From: Octopus bimaculoides
Lineage: Eukaryota
Length of the DNA: 64,000 bases
NCBI RefSeq assembly: GCF_001194135.2
Contig: NC_068986.1
Location: 27,168,906-27,232,905 of the forward strand
Direction of reading: 5' to 3'
Both the position numbers and the translations under genes were made by a program. Shown piece by piece: positions 25,638 through 38,910 of this stretch (the stretch's first letter is position 1; the number at the start of each line of letters is the position of its first letter). The notes beneath the pieces are model-generated. The model was given only the letters and a program-made list of their open reading frames with translations, was not told the origin of the DNA and searched no databases.

Positions 25638-26289
25638 AATAAATATACAGTAAATTTATGAAGAGGTGACAGTAGTGGCAGCAGTGATAGGATATCAGTA
25701 TCTAAGGTGTTTTTCTGAATGACCAAACCTTAAATTGTTTTAGGTGTTTGTAAGGTTAGGGTTAAAAAGGGTCGGCTGTATTGAGAAAGGTCATAGCCTA
25801 CTACATGTCACCAGAAGCTTTGCAATCAGGTTTTTTTTTTTTTNNNNNNNNNNNNNNNNNNNNNNNNNNNNNNNNNNNNNNNNNNNNNNNNNNNNNNNNN
25901 NNNNNNNNNNNNNNNNNNNNNNNNNNNNNNNNNNNNNNNNNNNNNNNNNNNNNNNNNNNNNNNNNNNNNNNNNNNNNNNNNNNNNNNNNNNNNNNNNNNN
26001 NNNNNNNNNNNNNNNNNNNNAGGCTGTTCCGTTGATCGGATCAACTGGAACCCTCGACGTCGTAAGCAACGGAGTGCCAACAATAAATATACAGTAAATT
26101 TATGAAGAGGTGACAGTAGTGGCAGCAGTGATAGGATATCAGTATCTAAGGTGTTTTTCTGAATGACCAAACCTTAAATTGTTTTAGGTGTTTGTAAGGT
26201 TAGGGTTAAAAAGGGTCGGCTGTATTGAGAAAGGTCATAGCCTACTACATGTCACCAGAAGCTTTGCAATCAGGTTTTTTTTTTTTTTT
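25638..26289. repeat. Identical ~206-bp direct repeat (25638-25843; 26082-26289) flanking an N gap and a SINE D 3' end
   Basis: 193 bp identical plus a poly-T end in both copies. 26021-26081 matches the 3' end of the 14312-14670 SINE. Confidence 0.9.
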
Positions 26290-26708
26290 AAATCTCAAGT
26301 TAGCATTAATTTAGTTCAATAGCCATCATTAAACATTTCTAATTAATGAATTACTTATTTATTAATTAGGGAAAATTGCTTTCTTGAGACAATTGCCAGG
26401 TACTTCTCTTTATTACTGGAATGATAATCTTTGTCTAGTTTATGACTCTATGATGGATTGATGTTATAAGTATTCCTCCTTGTTGTATCAATCATTTTAT
26501 CACACTACCTGGTCTATTGCTCTTGTGATGTTCATCTCAGTCCAGTTTTGTAAACCTAAATAGATGTAAATTCAAGCCTTTAGCATTCAGATAATTCTGT
26601 CAAATGTAATATCTATTTATTTACATTGTTTTGGATCAATTGTGTATTATCTCATAGCCTAAAAATTTTTATGATGTAATTGTTTAGTTTTAGACCGACA
26701 TTGTAGGG

Positions 26709-28026
26709 CAGGGGTGCCCAATACATTGATCGCAAAGGCAGTGTGGGTAGATCGCATGGCATTAAAAAAACATAGACGTCAGCCTACCATCCATCACTAT
26801 AAAATTTGTCATTTGATTGACATACGGGGCAGCCAGTCTGACATCTGACCTTTTCTGACACATGCGTCACCATGCATGCGCATACAATGGTACTAAATGC
26901 TGCAAAACTCTCGCAAGCTACCGAGTCGCCAAGTTAGCTGCCAATTTATTTCTTCTAAACTTAAGAAAGTGTATAAAAATGAGTGGGGGAGCTGGACCAA
27001 GAAAGAAACCAAAAATCTACCTCTTCCATATGAGTGGGAGGAGGACTTTTTTTCTTCTTCACAATGTCATATTCAAAGTGTGTTTGCCTCATCTGCCAGT
27101 CTACCATTGTTAGATCAGTGGCTGCTAGACTTGGCATTTTTAACTGATCTGACTAACATGTTGAATGACCTTAATGCAGAGCTGCAAGGAAAAGACAAAA
27201 CCATGATCAGTATGATCAGCTCAGTTAATGCTTTCAAACGAAAAATGCAACATCTCTCCTCAAAGTTGCAGTGCCATGATTTGGCAAACTTCACGTCAGA
27301 GCTAGAGACCCAAGGGAAAGCATGTGTGCAACTTGACAGTGCATGTTACACTGAGCAGATTGACAATTGTCTGTCAGAGTTTGACAAATGCTTTCAAGAC
27401 TTTGCTTTGCTCAAGCCAGTTGCTACATTCATGTGCTACCCTTTTCGAGAAGATGCTGAAGTTGATTTCCTCGCATCAAAAATTGCAACACTGTTTCACC
27501 TGAACTCTTCTGGAGTGGAGGATGAAATTTTGACACTACAGGCTGACATTCAGCTGAAGTCCAGAGCCCATGGACAGTTCTGGAACTTACTCACAGAGAA
27601 AAAGTACCCCAACATGAGGAAATGTGCTACCTCCTTGCCTGCATTGATCAACTCCCCTTATATATGTGAGTCAGCCTTTTCCCACATGAAGATTATTAAG
27701 TCCAAATACTGTTCCACCATGACTGATGATCATTTGGAAGTATGCTTGAGGCTAGCTACCAGCAGTGACTGTCTAGACTATCCATCCATGGCTGATTCCA
27801 TTCAGTGCAAGTCATCAGAGTAAGATAATGACAAAAAATGTACAGAGTTGTATTGTGCAATATGGGTTCATGCAGTTATGCAACGTACACCAACATATAT
27901 TGTACATATAAAGAATCCTCAGTATATTTATAAATAAATATGTTTTTCATTTTCATAGTAAGTAGATTATTTTGACTTGGTCGTTTTATAAGAAGCTCGC
28001 ATGCTGAAAAAGTGTGTTCACTCCTG
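26709..28026 (+). mobile_element. hAT DNA transposon (Charlie/SPIN-like), internally deleted, 1318 bp
   Basis: TIRs CAGGGGTGCCCA / CAGGAGTGAACA (rc). Perfect 8-bp TSD TTGTAGGG at 26701-26708 and 28027-28034. Transposase remnant inside. Confidence 0.92.
26979..27823 (+). pseudogene. hAT transposase remnant (GTF2IRD2/SPIN-like) with C-terminal hATC dimerisation domain
   Basis: The N-terminus MSGGAGPRKKPK..EWEEDFF..TMSYSKCVCLICQSTI is spread over three frames, then jumps at ~27109 to DQWLLDLAFLTDL..LQGK..FWNLL..YPNMRKCA..YICESAFSHMKIIKSKY..TDDHLEVCLRLA. The central catalytic region is missing. Confidence 0.88.
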
Positions 28027-31000
28027 TTGTAGGGTATGTATGAGAGGTCAGATTTGGTCAGTTTCAGCAAAAAAAGAATAAAAAACAGGTAAAATATTTG
28101 GGTTGGATATGGCCAGTTAAATATTAAATGGTAAAATCAACTGAGTTCAAATTTGGATCTTAGGATCAAATGTTGTGGACTTGCTGCCTGCTACTATCAA
28201 TTTTGGTGCTGCTATCTCAGTAGTCAGAAGTCAAATGATTATTTCATGACATGCATGAACTAACAATATTAAAAAAAAACATTAAAACATTTTTCTTCAT
28301 TTTCATCTCAGTGCAAAAACAATAAAGAAAGAAAAGATTTTTTTTTCTTTTTACAATACTAAAACCTGAGTAAAGCAATCTAGAATCTTAACGTCTTAAC
28401 ATTTCCTGTTTGAAGAGCAGATAGTCTGCAGACACAAACTCAAAATCCAACAGAAAAATCCATTCCATTTCCCTATATATTCTCTTAACTTTTGTAAACC
28501 TTCTGCACATTGCATGCCATAGTTACGGCTTTCAACAGTATTTTTTGATTGATGCATTGTTGCGTTCCTTAATCCTCAATGACTAGATGTAGTTATGGAG
28601 CCATACGTTTTTCTGTTTAATAGTCGGCCATGATGTATTGCTGAATTTCAGTATTAGGTGTAGATCAGTTCTGTTCAGGTACTTCTTTTACAAACTCTAA
28701 CATGCAACCAGACCCCATCCTGTTTTGCTTGTCAGCTATACTTAGAATATTCTTTCCAATAGCACTTTCCAAATGATTTATGTACTTAACTTCATAGATT
28801 CTAGCATGCCTGGGTCTTCAAGCTCATCCAGGAGGAAATGTTCTTTTTCTTCTAACAGCACTTTCTTAAAAAAAAAGAAAAGAAAAGAAATGCAATTTTT
28901 CTGGTATGACATGAGACCTTTCTTTTTCGATAAATGAGTGTTTGACTGATTGCAGTTAAGTCTAAAGATACTAAAACAAATTGAAATGTTTTAAAACATT
29001 ACAAAATCACACACATATATTTACATACACATTCAATCATTCATTCACTCACTCACTTACAAAGATTATATATTTGAGGTATGAGAAAATTAATAAAAAC
29101 ACTGTGCAAAAAAATATACTTCTACAAAATTTTGAAGTAAGCCAAATATACTAGATCCTAGACATAGGTAGTTGTTAAAATGTTTCTGCATTTTATGTTT
29201 TCTTGTATTTTCTCATTGTCAGGAAACATGCACACATGTAAGAAGCATGCTAATTTTTTTTCAAATATTCCCTTTTTGTTCCGTTTGTTGTGAAGTATAT
29301 GAGTTGATGGCTAGGTAACAGTTACCTGTATCATACATAGTGAGTTTTAAATGTTATATGGTGTTCTGATATAGGATGCCACACTACTCATATAAGTTTA
29401 TACCTAATTGACATCCTTTTTATGGAAAAACTTTTCTGTTCTTTGCTTGACACTGACGACAAAGGTGTTAGTAAATCTGCTCTATAGCTGATGCAGTTAG
29501 GGTATTTTGATGAATTCAGTTGACAGTATTTTCATCACTGTTTGAGCAGAGTAGAATGAAAAGAAGCTATGATTGTTTAATTTTTCCCCAAGGTCTTTAA
29601 ATCTTTGAAACCATAAGTTATTAATCTATTTAATGTAGGTACTATCAACCTCAAAACTAATTGTTATTTTTTTAACCAAATTTATCAGTCTCCTGTTGTT
29701 TCAAATATGGCTTACTGTCTAACTATTAAGGCACCGCCTAAAACTAACTGGTATCAAGAGAAATTTTGATCATTTGGCTAGAAAATTCCTCTTTACATTT
29801 ACAGCACCTCTCCATATTAATATGCTAGCATATTTGTCATACAAGATATTGATGTGGGTTTCGGTATTGTAATTAATATTTATCGGTATATTGTACAAAT
29901 ATTCGACTGGTAATAGTTACTCAGCATAACTATTATGGGTAAATAAACTCGTTCCTTTGATTTTGGGATATAACACAAACCATGTCTGAATGTTTGCAAA
30001 TAACTGGAATTATTTAATAAGTATAAGCTGAACAAATATCATAATGCTATAAAATGAGAGAAAGAGATTTGTACCATGTTGCCTTGTTTATAAATTGCTA
30101 AATCTCTCTCTTGAAGTGTATGTGTGCTAGGCTAGTTAAACAAAAGGAAGAAATTTGCATTGTGCTTTTTCTAAACATTGTTCACTGGAGAAACATGGTC
30201 TGTGTCCAGCAAGTTCCTTTCTGATTTATTTTAAAATACCATTTGTCACATATGTAAATAAAATCTATTGTATTAGTTGTGTATTGTGCATTGATTAGAA
30301 CATTAGGTGGTGGGGTAGGCTAACTATGACTGTTTAGCTTAGCTTTGCAAAGGAAATGATAAAGAAAAGAAATAGGGATCTCTGAAATAAAACCTTAGAT
30401 TCGATTCTTGCAAAAGACCCATAAGTAAAGTAATCCCTGTTGATATTGTTTTTTCTCTAACTTTTTTTTTGTTTCAAAAAATTTTGATCAAGGTTGATAT
30501 TGCCTTGTGCAATCATTCAAGTGCACTGTTTGTTGTTTTGAGCAATCATCATCATCGTTATCCAGTGTTTGAAATCCAGGTCTTGTCCCCATTAACAGGG
30601 GTGGCTGGATCTACCTCAATGCCATAGCAACCACCCTCACACCATCTCTTCACCTTTGTAATTCTTATGCTGTTTTTAGTCTGCCTCCAACCCAAACTTT
30701 TATATTTCCCTTATTGGTTAAAAACAAAAGAGAAATGAAGGCAGCATCAAGTTCTTACAATAAAATCATTTTGGGTTAGAGGCAAGCTATTTATTTTATT
30801 CAAAGAATTGTCGTTAATTTTCACATCAATTGATATTTTGTGATTTAGTAAAATGGGGGATATCAGTGTTAACGTGAGTCCCTTTGGTCAGAGAACATAG
30901 CTAGAGAGGGCACATGCATTTGGTAGTAAGAGTGATCTTTGGGATTTATTGATTGGTATTGGCTGGTAGTTTTCGTATCTGACAAGTCTACCTGTCTATT

Positions 31001-31724
31001 TGTATACTATTTTATACTGCTTTATCTTATAATTTTTTTTATTTCCTTCATTTAATTATTGTGTCAACCTCCATGCTTTTGATTGACTTGTCTCTGTAGT
31101 ACCCCATTTAAGCTCTCACACTTGTGGCAAATAAAATAATTATCATTATTTTTATTATCATTATTAATTTGCTTATGTTATTACTACATTCTTTTACTGC
31201 ATAGTGTTATGGCTGCATAATCAAATGCAGCTATATGCACCTTGGATATAAGCAATATTTTTCTTCTTCGTTGCATCAACAGTATTTTACATACTATCTG
31301 TGCAGTGTCTAGCAGTTAGTTGCTGGATCTTGTTTTGAGATCTTGCTGATATATATTTGTCTGTCTTTTATTATTTACAGCCGTCCGATTATTATGGAAA
31401 TTATTTGTATTTTCAGAACTCCTGTCCTAAGGTTTTTCTTTTATATTCTTTTCTTTTTCCTTTATATATTTGGATATTTTTGGACTAGTTTTTAAAAATT
31501 TGTCTACTGGAATAATTGTATCTGCTAGGAAACATTTTTTTGTTTTTCTCTGATTCTCTTTGAAAACAATATTTGGGCAATTTTCCTTTATCTGTATGAA
31601 ATTGCATGGTCTTTTTTTATGGTGAGATTCTACAATGCTAGTGAAATCACCCCCCTCTCTCTCTAACCGTATCTCAGTTAACAGTAGGTAGTCAGAAATA
31701 ACTTCTGTGTATTCTGTTTCATAG

Positions 31725-32085
31725 TTGTAAAGTTGGCTCCTCAGTTACATTGTTTCAGGTTCAGTTCCATTGCATGGTACCTTTGGAAAATGTTTTGCTT
31801 TTCAAAATAGTCCTGGGCTGACCAAAACCTTGTGAGTAGATTGTGGTATATAGAAATTGAAAGAATCCCTGTGTGTGTGTTTTGGCACTGTGTGGCAGTT
31901 TTAACTGTCATACACACAGTATCAGTTCCAATCCTCCCTGAAAATATATCTGTCTAAGAAATATTACCTTACTTGGAAACAAGTGAGAGTTCGTTGCAGG
32001 AAAGGTAGCCTCTCTGCCTTGACAAATTCCATCTGACCCATGCAAGCATGATAAAGTGGATGGCATAACAACAATGATGACAATG
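31725..32085 (+). mobile_element. SINE family A2 (A head + RTE-type tail), degenerate
   Basis: ggttcagttccattgcatggtacctttgg..ccaaaaccttgtgagtaga head; ccatgcaagcatgataaagtggat..atgatgac tail. Confidence 0.7.
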
Positions 32086-32539
32086 ATTTGAGTGGTAGGA
32101 TTGCTTGCTTCAGGATGTTAGGGAGCCATGTGCCAAATTTTAACAGTTCGAATCGTGTGAAATTCATTAACATAGTTATCTGTAACATACTGAGGCAGCA
32201 AAATGTAGCATTGGCTAGAATGCATTGTGGTACTTATTCCAGTTCATAGCACTCTGAGATCAAATCCCAGTAAAGCTGACTTTACCATTGTAACCTATCT
32301 CTGTCATGTCCTTCTTCGTCTGTCAACTTTGTGGCTATCATTATTGTTGTTGCTGGATAATACCTTGTGGTATTTGCTTTGGTTCTTTATGTTCTGAGTT
32401 TGAATCCCACTAAGGTTAACTTGATTTTTTTAATCTTTTCAAAGTACTAGGGAATCAATAGCATTGAGTGATTTCCTCCTTTCTCCCCACAACTCCATAT
32501 CTTATGCCTGTACTGCAAGTATTATTTATATTAGGAATG

Positions 32540-32760
32540 CCAGTGGGTTGGCAGAACCCTTACAATGTATGGCAAAATGCTTTGTAGTATTTATGGCTAC
32601 TTAAGTTCTGTGTTCAAATCTTGCTATGGTCAACTCTTCCTTTCATCCCTCTGGGGTTGACAAAATAAAATGCCAGTTAAGTACCAGTATTGATGTTACT
32701 GGCTAACACCCTTTCTACATATTCCAGGCCTTGTGCATATATTAGAACCTATTATTATTA
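32540..32760 (+). mobile_element. SINE family B, degenerate
   Basis: gggttggcagaaccc..gttcaaatc..ctttcatccctctggggttgacaaaataaaatgccag..ggccttgtgcatatattagaa. Confidence 0.7.
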
Positions 32761-34593
32761 TTGGGGATGTGGATTGGTGTCCATGTTTGATGGGACACAG
32801 TTATATAAAGTGTTGAAAAACGGAATCCTGGACAGTGACAGTAAATGAAACACAGTATGTTCACATTCAGTAACAAACCAAGAATAGTCTATATGAATCA
32901 AACAGCTTTCTTGTATTTAGATAACATTAGTTCGTTCTAGAAAGTGCAAGTTCTAGAAACTGCTTAGAAAGCACAGGATTGGTACTCCAAAAGATCGATA
33001 CTCTTTGGCAGTAATGCTTGTTCATTATATGTTAAATAGTTATTATTGGTTTCAAGGCAGCAAAAAGATAGAGAAAAGTGTGAGGAGAGAAATTAGTTGC
33101 AAAACTGCACTTGTCGCAGCAGATATGAATCACTTGTCTTGAGACAGATTGATTACTTCTGGAACAACTAGCCAAAATTAAGCCTAGAAATCAGGAATTT
33201 GCTTTCACAGAGTTCAGAGCTTGATATATTTAGAGCTAACTAAGCTTAGAACTAAAATCTTTTCTCTTGTCAGAGGAACAGACTTATGTGTTAACATAGA
33301 TGTAGGATTCAGCTACTTTTCTGAATTAAGCAGAACTAACCAAGAAACCACTTTTCTATCTTACTGTGCAGCTGTTGATTGTAATGATAGACATCCAACT
33401 CATCTTCTGCTACAGCAAAGTAATGAGTTGAAACTCAACGATGAGTACTAGAAAGTGTTAGTGATAGGATAAAAACTGCCAACTCTTCACCCTGTTGGCT
33501 CAGTCATTATGATAAAATGCTGCTGACTCAATCATCTGTAACATTACAAACCCTATGTTTGATCAGGGCCTGTAGTGTCACTGGGAAGAAATAAAATCAT
33601 ATGGGTGAAGTGGGGGTAGGGAGTTAAAAATGGACAGCCATGAAGCTAGAGATCGGTCTTACGGTATAGTTGTTGAAGTTCAGTAAACTATACTGCATAT
33701 GGAATTTTTAATTAAAATAGTGAATTAAAGAGATAGGAAAAGGGATTTATAGTTTACTTGGTTATGATTTTAAAATGGTTCTTTGAGTGGAAACTAACTT
33801 ATTTGGAATTAATTGAATTTGTTTTTGAAATAAATTCTCTATGTTTGATCATGAAATTTCATTCTCTCACCGCATCTCATGATTCAAAATTATATTCACC
33901 TATGTCTAGGTAGAAAATTGGGAACTGGTTGTATAACATTATTTTTCAGCTGGGGACATTATATATCGTGACAAGTTGCTTAAGTGGTATATATGCTCCA
34001 TTTTAAATCAGAGGCAAAACAAATCACAACTACCATTGGATGGATGAATGGAGGGTTGAGTGGGTGTTGGTGGATGGTTGGCTGGTTGGTTGGTTGGATG
34101 AATGGATGCTGGGTGGCTTAAAGAGGTACTTTCATGTTGGAAATGATGCCATAAAATAATGGATTCAATCTGTGAAGTATGAATTCAGAATGTAGCTTTG
34201 AAGATGTAATAGATCTATTAAGGGGAGGAAAAAAAAAAAAAAAATTGAATTAACATTTTTATTTTTTTGGTCATGATGCATGAGAAAGTAGTGAAAGTGC
34301 TGACAATTTCTGAATGATGTGTAAGTAAAGATATTACAGTTGTCTATTTAAAAAAGAAAAAAGCAGGCAGGTTTTTTTTTTTTTTTTTTCAATGTATCAT
34401 AGGAGTTCTTCAGATTTTTTCAACGTCATTGTCATCATCATCATAATCACCACCACCACCAGCATCACCATCATTTTAAATCTTGTTTTCTGTGCTTGCA
34501 TGGGTTGGATGGGTTGTTATAGTCTAAGCCAGTTCTTTTTGGAGTTATTGCTCTTGTAAATGGGTCAGAGAAGATAATGTCTCAGTTGCACAT

Positions 34594-34628
<35 letters not shown>

Positions 34629-35651
34629 TGTTGTTAAACATGAATATTTCTCTTTTGGGTAATGTTGTGTTTGCCTTATATGGACACAGGTAAACCTACC
34701 CACAAAATCTTGTTTGTTTTGTTTATAAGGTTGGCTTCAATAAATAATTCGAGAGCAATGCTGGCTGAGGAGAGGTGAGGCAGGACACTGGTTTACCACA
34801 CACCTGATCATTAGCTGAAATTGTTTTCTACAGGCATTGTGTTTATTCTTAGTTAAAGCTTATTACACTGTACTAATCTAGAAAATAATCATTGACTTCT
34901 CTTCACGGGGGGAGGAGCATCTAATTCTAAGAACAGTTTCTCAATTTCTCTAACCAAACAGTACACAAATGATTGTACAAGTTTGCATCTCCTGTCCTGT
35001 TGTAAATGGAGATAATGTTGTAAAACTGTGAGATTTAATGTTTTAATTACATTTTGTGACATACACCAGAGATACTCTTCATTTCAGAATGACTCTTGAC
35101 TTTATTTTTATATAGTTATCTGTTATTGCATTGTTGTCATTTCTAATTGCAGATTAACTTAACACCTTATTGCAGATTAAAATAATGACTTTAATCTGTC
35201 ATGTGGCAGCAATTAAAGCTGCAGCTTGGATTTTACTTTTAAGGATTCTATTCTGATTTATTTCCCAACTATCCTTGTACAAACACCAAACACTCTGCCT
35301 GGCAGTTGATTAGTTGCTTTGAATATCATTGTGAGAATGTGACTGTTGTGATGGTTGCTGGCAGTGATTAGCTAGACTTGATTATAAAAGAATGGTAAAA
35401 ATGTGTCTGTTTGTTTGCTATTTGTACATCCATTTCTTGTGACACAAGAAAGATGTAGGTTCAGTGCTTCTTGAGGCACTTCAGGAATTATTTAGTTATC
35501 TCAGTTTAATTTTGTTGATATTGAATAACCAAGAAAGTGTTGGAGATATGTAAGTCAGAAAAACAGGGTGGATAGAGTGCATGACATTGTGTTTCTTTAC
35601 AGAACTGAATATACAGCATGACACAATAATAATAATAATGATAATAATAAT

Positions 35652-35868
35652 AACAAGAGCACTCAGAGAGTGCAAACCTCCACCAAAGTAACACCAACAT
35701 CCTCTCAACGATTAGCTGGAGATGATTTTTAAAATGAGAATATCTGAAATAAACTCAACTGCTCTCACAAACGAGAATACTAAAAATGAACCCGACCACT
35801 CTCAAAAATTAAGTGAGAAAACTGGAAAAATAATCCAGAATCCTTGTCCAGTACCTGATCGATCCCAA
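35652..35868 (+). repeat. Probable truncated interspersed repeat (non-autonomous DNA element-like)
   Basis: Starts aacaagagcactcagagagtgcaaacctccaccaa after a (TAA)n run. It resembles a cephalopod repeat I recall, but there is only one copy in the window. Confidence 0.35.
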
Positions 35869-36466
35869 TGGTAGTTATGGAATGTGAAGGTGGGTGTGTG
35901 GGCTGTGTTTGTAATGCTGTGTGTGTGTCGTCTGCAGTGGGAACAGGGACAGTTTTCTCTATGAAGGCCTTTTTTAGTCTATCCACTCATATAGTGTCTT
36001 TACGACCATTAAGGTCTATAGTGAAAAATTTATTTGTGCGTGAAAGAAAATGAAATGGACCTGCGTATAGTGCTGTTAATGGGGGTTTAACAGCACTGTG
36101 GTGCACAGAAACATGAGTAAAGCATTGTTGCATATATTTCATCAACCCAAAGCATTTCCATCTAGTGTGCTAACGATTCTGCCAGCTTGCCTCCTTAATA
36201 ATAATAATAATCATAAACAGACTGAAGCAGTTGATATGGAAACAATATATCATCACTACCACTACCATTATTGTTTTATATTCACTTTCCATGCAAGCAT
36301 GATTGGATGGGTCACTGTTACTCTCCTAGATGAATTTCTAATGAATTTTATAAATTTCTCCTGTTTGGATATCCTGATTTCTTTGCTCATATGCAATCAA
36401 TAAAGAAAAAATGTAATTGTTAAACACGCATATGAACAAATCCTTACAAACAGATGCATAAAATTG

Positions 36467-36544
<78 letters not shown>

Positions 36545-36761
36545 CATGTGGTAGTCACTTCTATAAGTTACTGTATTTGGCTCAATGTACTTAGTTAATC
36601 TATCTTAGAAGGATGTTTGGCAAAATTGATTCTGGCTCAATTAGAACTCAGAAATACGAGGTGTCAATTTATATACTGTAAAAAATGAAGATTAATCGGA
36701 TATAGATTTCCCTGTAATGTCTACTGATACCTCCTCCTCTTGCTCTGTATGTGTGTCTGTA

Positions 36762-36813
<52 letters not shown>

Positions 36814-37472
36814 GAATAATTCTCGAGATAAATTTGATTTCAGGATCAAGTTGTTTGATCTTCTGTTTGTCAATGGCTATGACATTGCTTCTACAGTAAT
36901 TATTATTACTACTATTACCATCCCCATCACCACCTTCAGTCCCACTTCTATCACTGTATATAACAATGGAGTTTGTCCAATTTGTGTTGTCTAAACTGCT
37001 TTTGTGAAAGTGCTTGCAGTCAGATTTTGATGTCACACACGCTGCAATGTTTGCTTAATCTTCATTCTCGGTTGTTTATACTTCAAAATTGAGAATATAT
37101 CAATAAAAAAAGAAAGCAATAATAATTAGAGAAAAATAAAAACCCAAAAGATAAAGAATTATGTTGTGTGAGGAACTGTCTTTGATAAATTGCTGTTTTC
37201 TCACCAAATATACTGCAGGCTATCAATTTGAGAAAGTGGGTATTGAAAAGAAACAATTAACACTTATCTATTTTTAAATCTATTATATTAATAATTTCTG
37301 ACTCTATTTGATTTATTTTTATTTATTTCTCTCTTCTTTTAAAAAAAAAAAAAAATTTTTTCTCTTGCAATATATGAAAAGTATCTAGTTAACCTCTTTG
37401 CTAATGGAAAAATTTTGTGATTTTCTACCAATTAACACTCCTTCCTTTCCTTTCCCTTTCCTTCTCCCATCT

Positions 37473-37511
<39 letters not shown>

Positions 37512-38744
37512 TCTCTCTCTCTCTCTCTCTCTCCTCAATTCATTCTTACCGTTTTTATCTTTTCTCTCCTCCCTCAGTTAGCTTTCTCTCTAATTTTCTT
37601 GTTTCTCTCCATCTCTTTCTCTCTATTTCCTCTCTTATCACTAATGCTGTTGCTTCCAGACAAAAAGTTTTGATCAATATATATTCCCATGTTGTTGTTA
37701 CTATGTAATGGTTTATTATTTCTTTCATTAAACTGGTCTGCAGCATTTCAATTCTGCCTATCTATTTTCTTCTGCACACTTCACTTCACCTAGCTTTAAT
37801 TCTCTCTGTATCATTCCATTGTTTCTTAATACCTTAAGAGTCTTTAGAAGTTACTGGTCTGCAATGTGTGCACTGACCAAACTTAGCAAATACTATAGAT
37901 GATCTGTGAATGAGCAGGTACAGTGTGATGTTTCTGCTCAATAAATTGACAAGAAACTCTTGAATCCTCTCAAGCTGTTGGCAATCACTATTGTTCAGTG
38001 GTGCCTGAATTTCTCCTTTGTGTATTGCTTGCTAACAAGACAGTGTGTTCTTCTCAAGTGTTTGCTATCTGACATTTGCTTTGGCTATGTCACTAACTTT
38101 TAATATCTACAAACCCTGTAATAGTACAGTGTGTTTTTGTAACTATTTAAGTGCATTTCAAACATAGATTGTATACACAAACAGTTGGACCTAATTCGTT
38201 GCTTGAGGTTGTTGTAAGCTAGGTTAATCTCTAATCCTGTTCATGGAGATTCTCCAGTCAATCTAAGTGACAAGGCATTGCGTTTATTCCCATTTCGTAC
38301 GATAGATCTGACCGATCGACCAAGGAAAGGTCGGGGATGGGGAAGTTTAAATTGAATACACTTCTGTTTCTTAGTCACATTAGACAATATCTCTCAAGAA
38401 AATCTTCAACAGATAAATATATCTGCTTTTTAATATAGTTTGGCTTTATTTATTTAATTCTGAATATATTTCAGGTATTCTTTCTTTCTGAATACATTTT
38501 ATTCTTATATTTTTAATTTTATTTCAGTCATTTCATTCTTCATATTGCTTACCTTCTCTCTGTATTTAATCACTGTCCCTTTTTCTAATTAATATATTTT
38601 CTTCATTCATTTAATATTATTATTTATTCTTTTCCTTCCTCTCCCCTCCCCCTCTTAACTTTGTATCATCTATTCATCTTTTATTTATTCACATTTTCGG
38701 ACTGTTCCTTTGATCATTACTTAAATGAAGAAAATAATCACCAA

Positions 38745-38879
38745 CTGTTGCTGTGTGGTGAGAAGTATGCTTTCCAACCACATGGCTTTGGGTTCAGTCC
38801 TACTTGTCTTCTACTATAGACCTGGGCCAAGCAAAGCCTTGTGAGTGGATTTGGTAGAAGGAAACTGAAAGAAACCCAT

Positions 38880-38880
<1 letters not shown>
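38745..38880 (+). mobile_element. SINE family A 5' half, running into (TA)n and an N gap
   Basis: gctgtgtggtgagaag..gggttcagtcc..caaagccttgtgagtggatttggtag..gaaactgaaagaaaccc. Confidence 0.8.

Positions 38881-38910
<30 letters not shown>

Larger units (their letters stand above)
26576..28130. mobile_element. Old piggyBac-like MITE interrupted by the hAT element
   Basis: Left part (cctttagcattcag..gacattgtaggg) and right part (tatgtatgagaggtcag..aatattaaatggtaa) have degenerate inverted termini. I recall them as one continuous cephalopod repeat; not verified. Confidence 0.45.
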
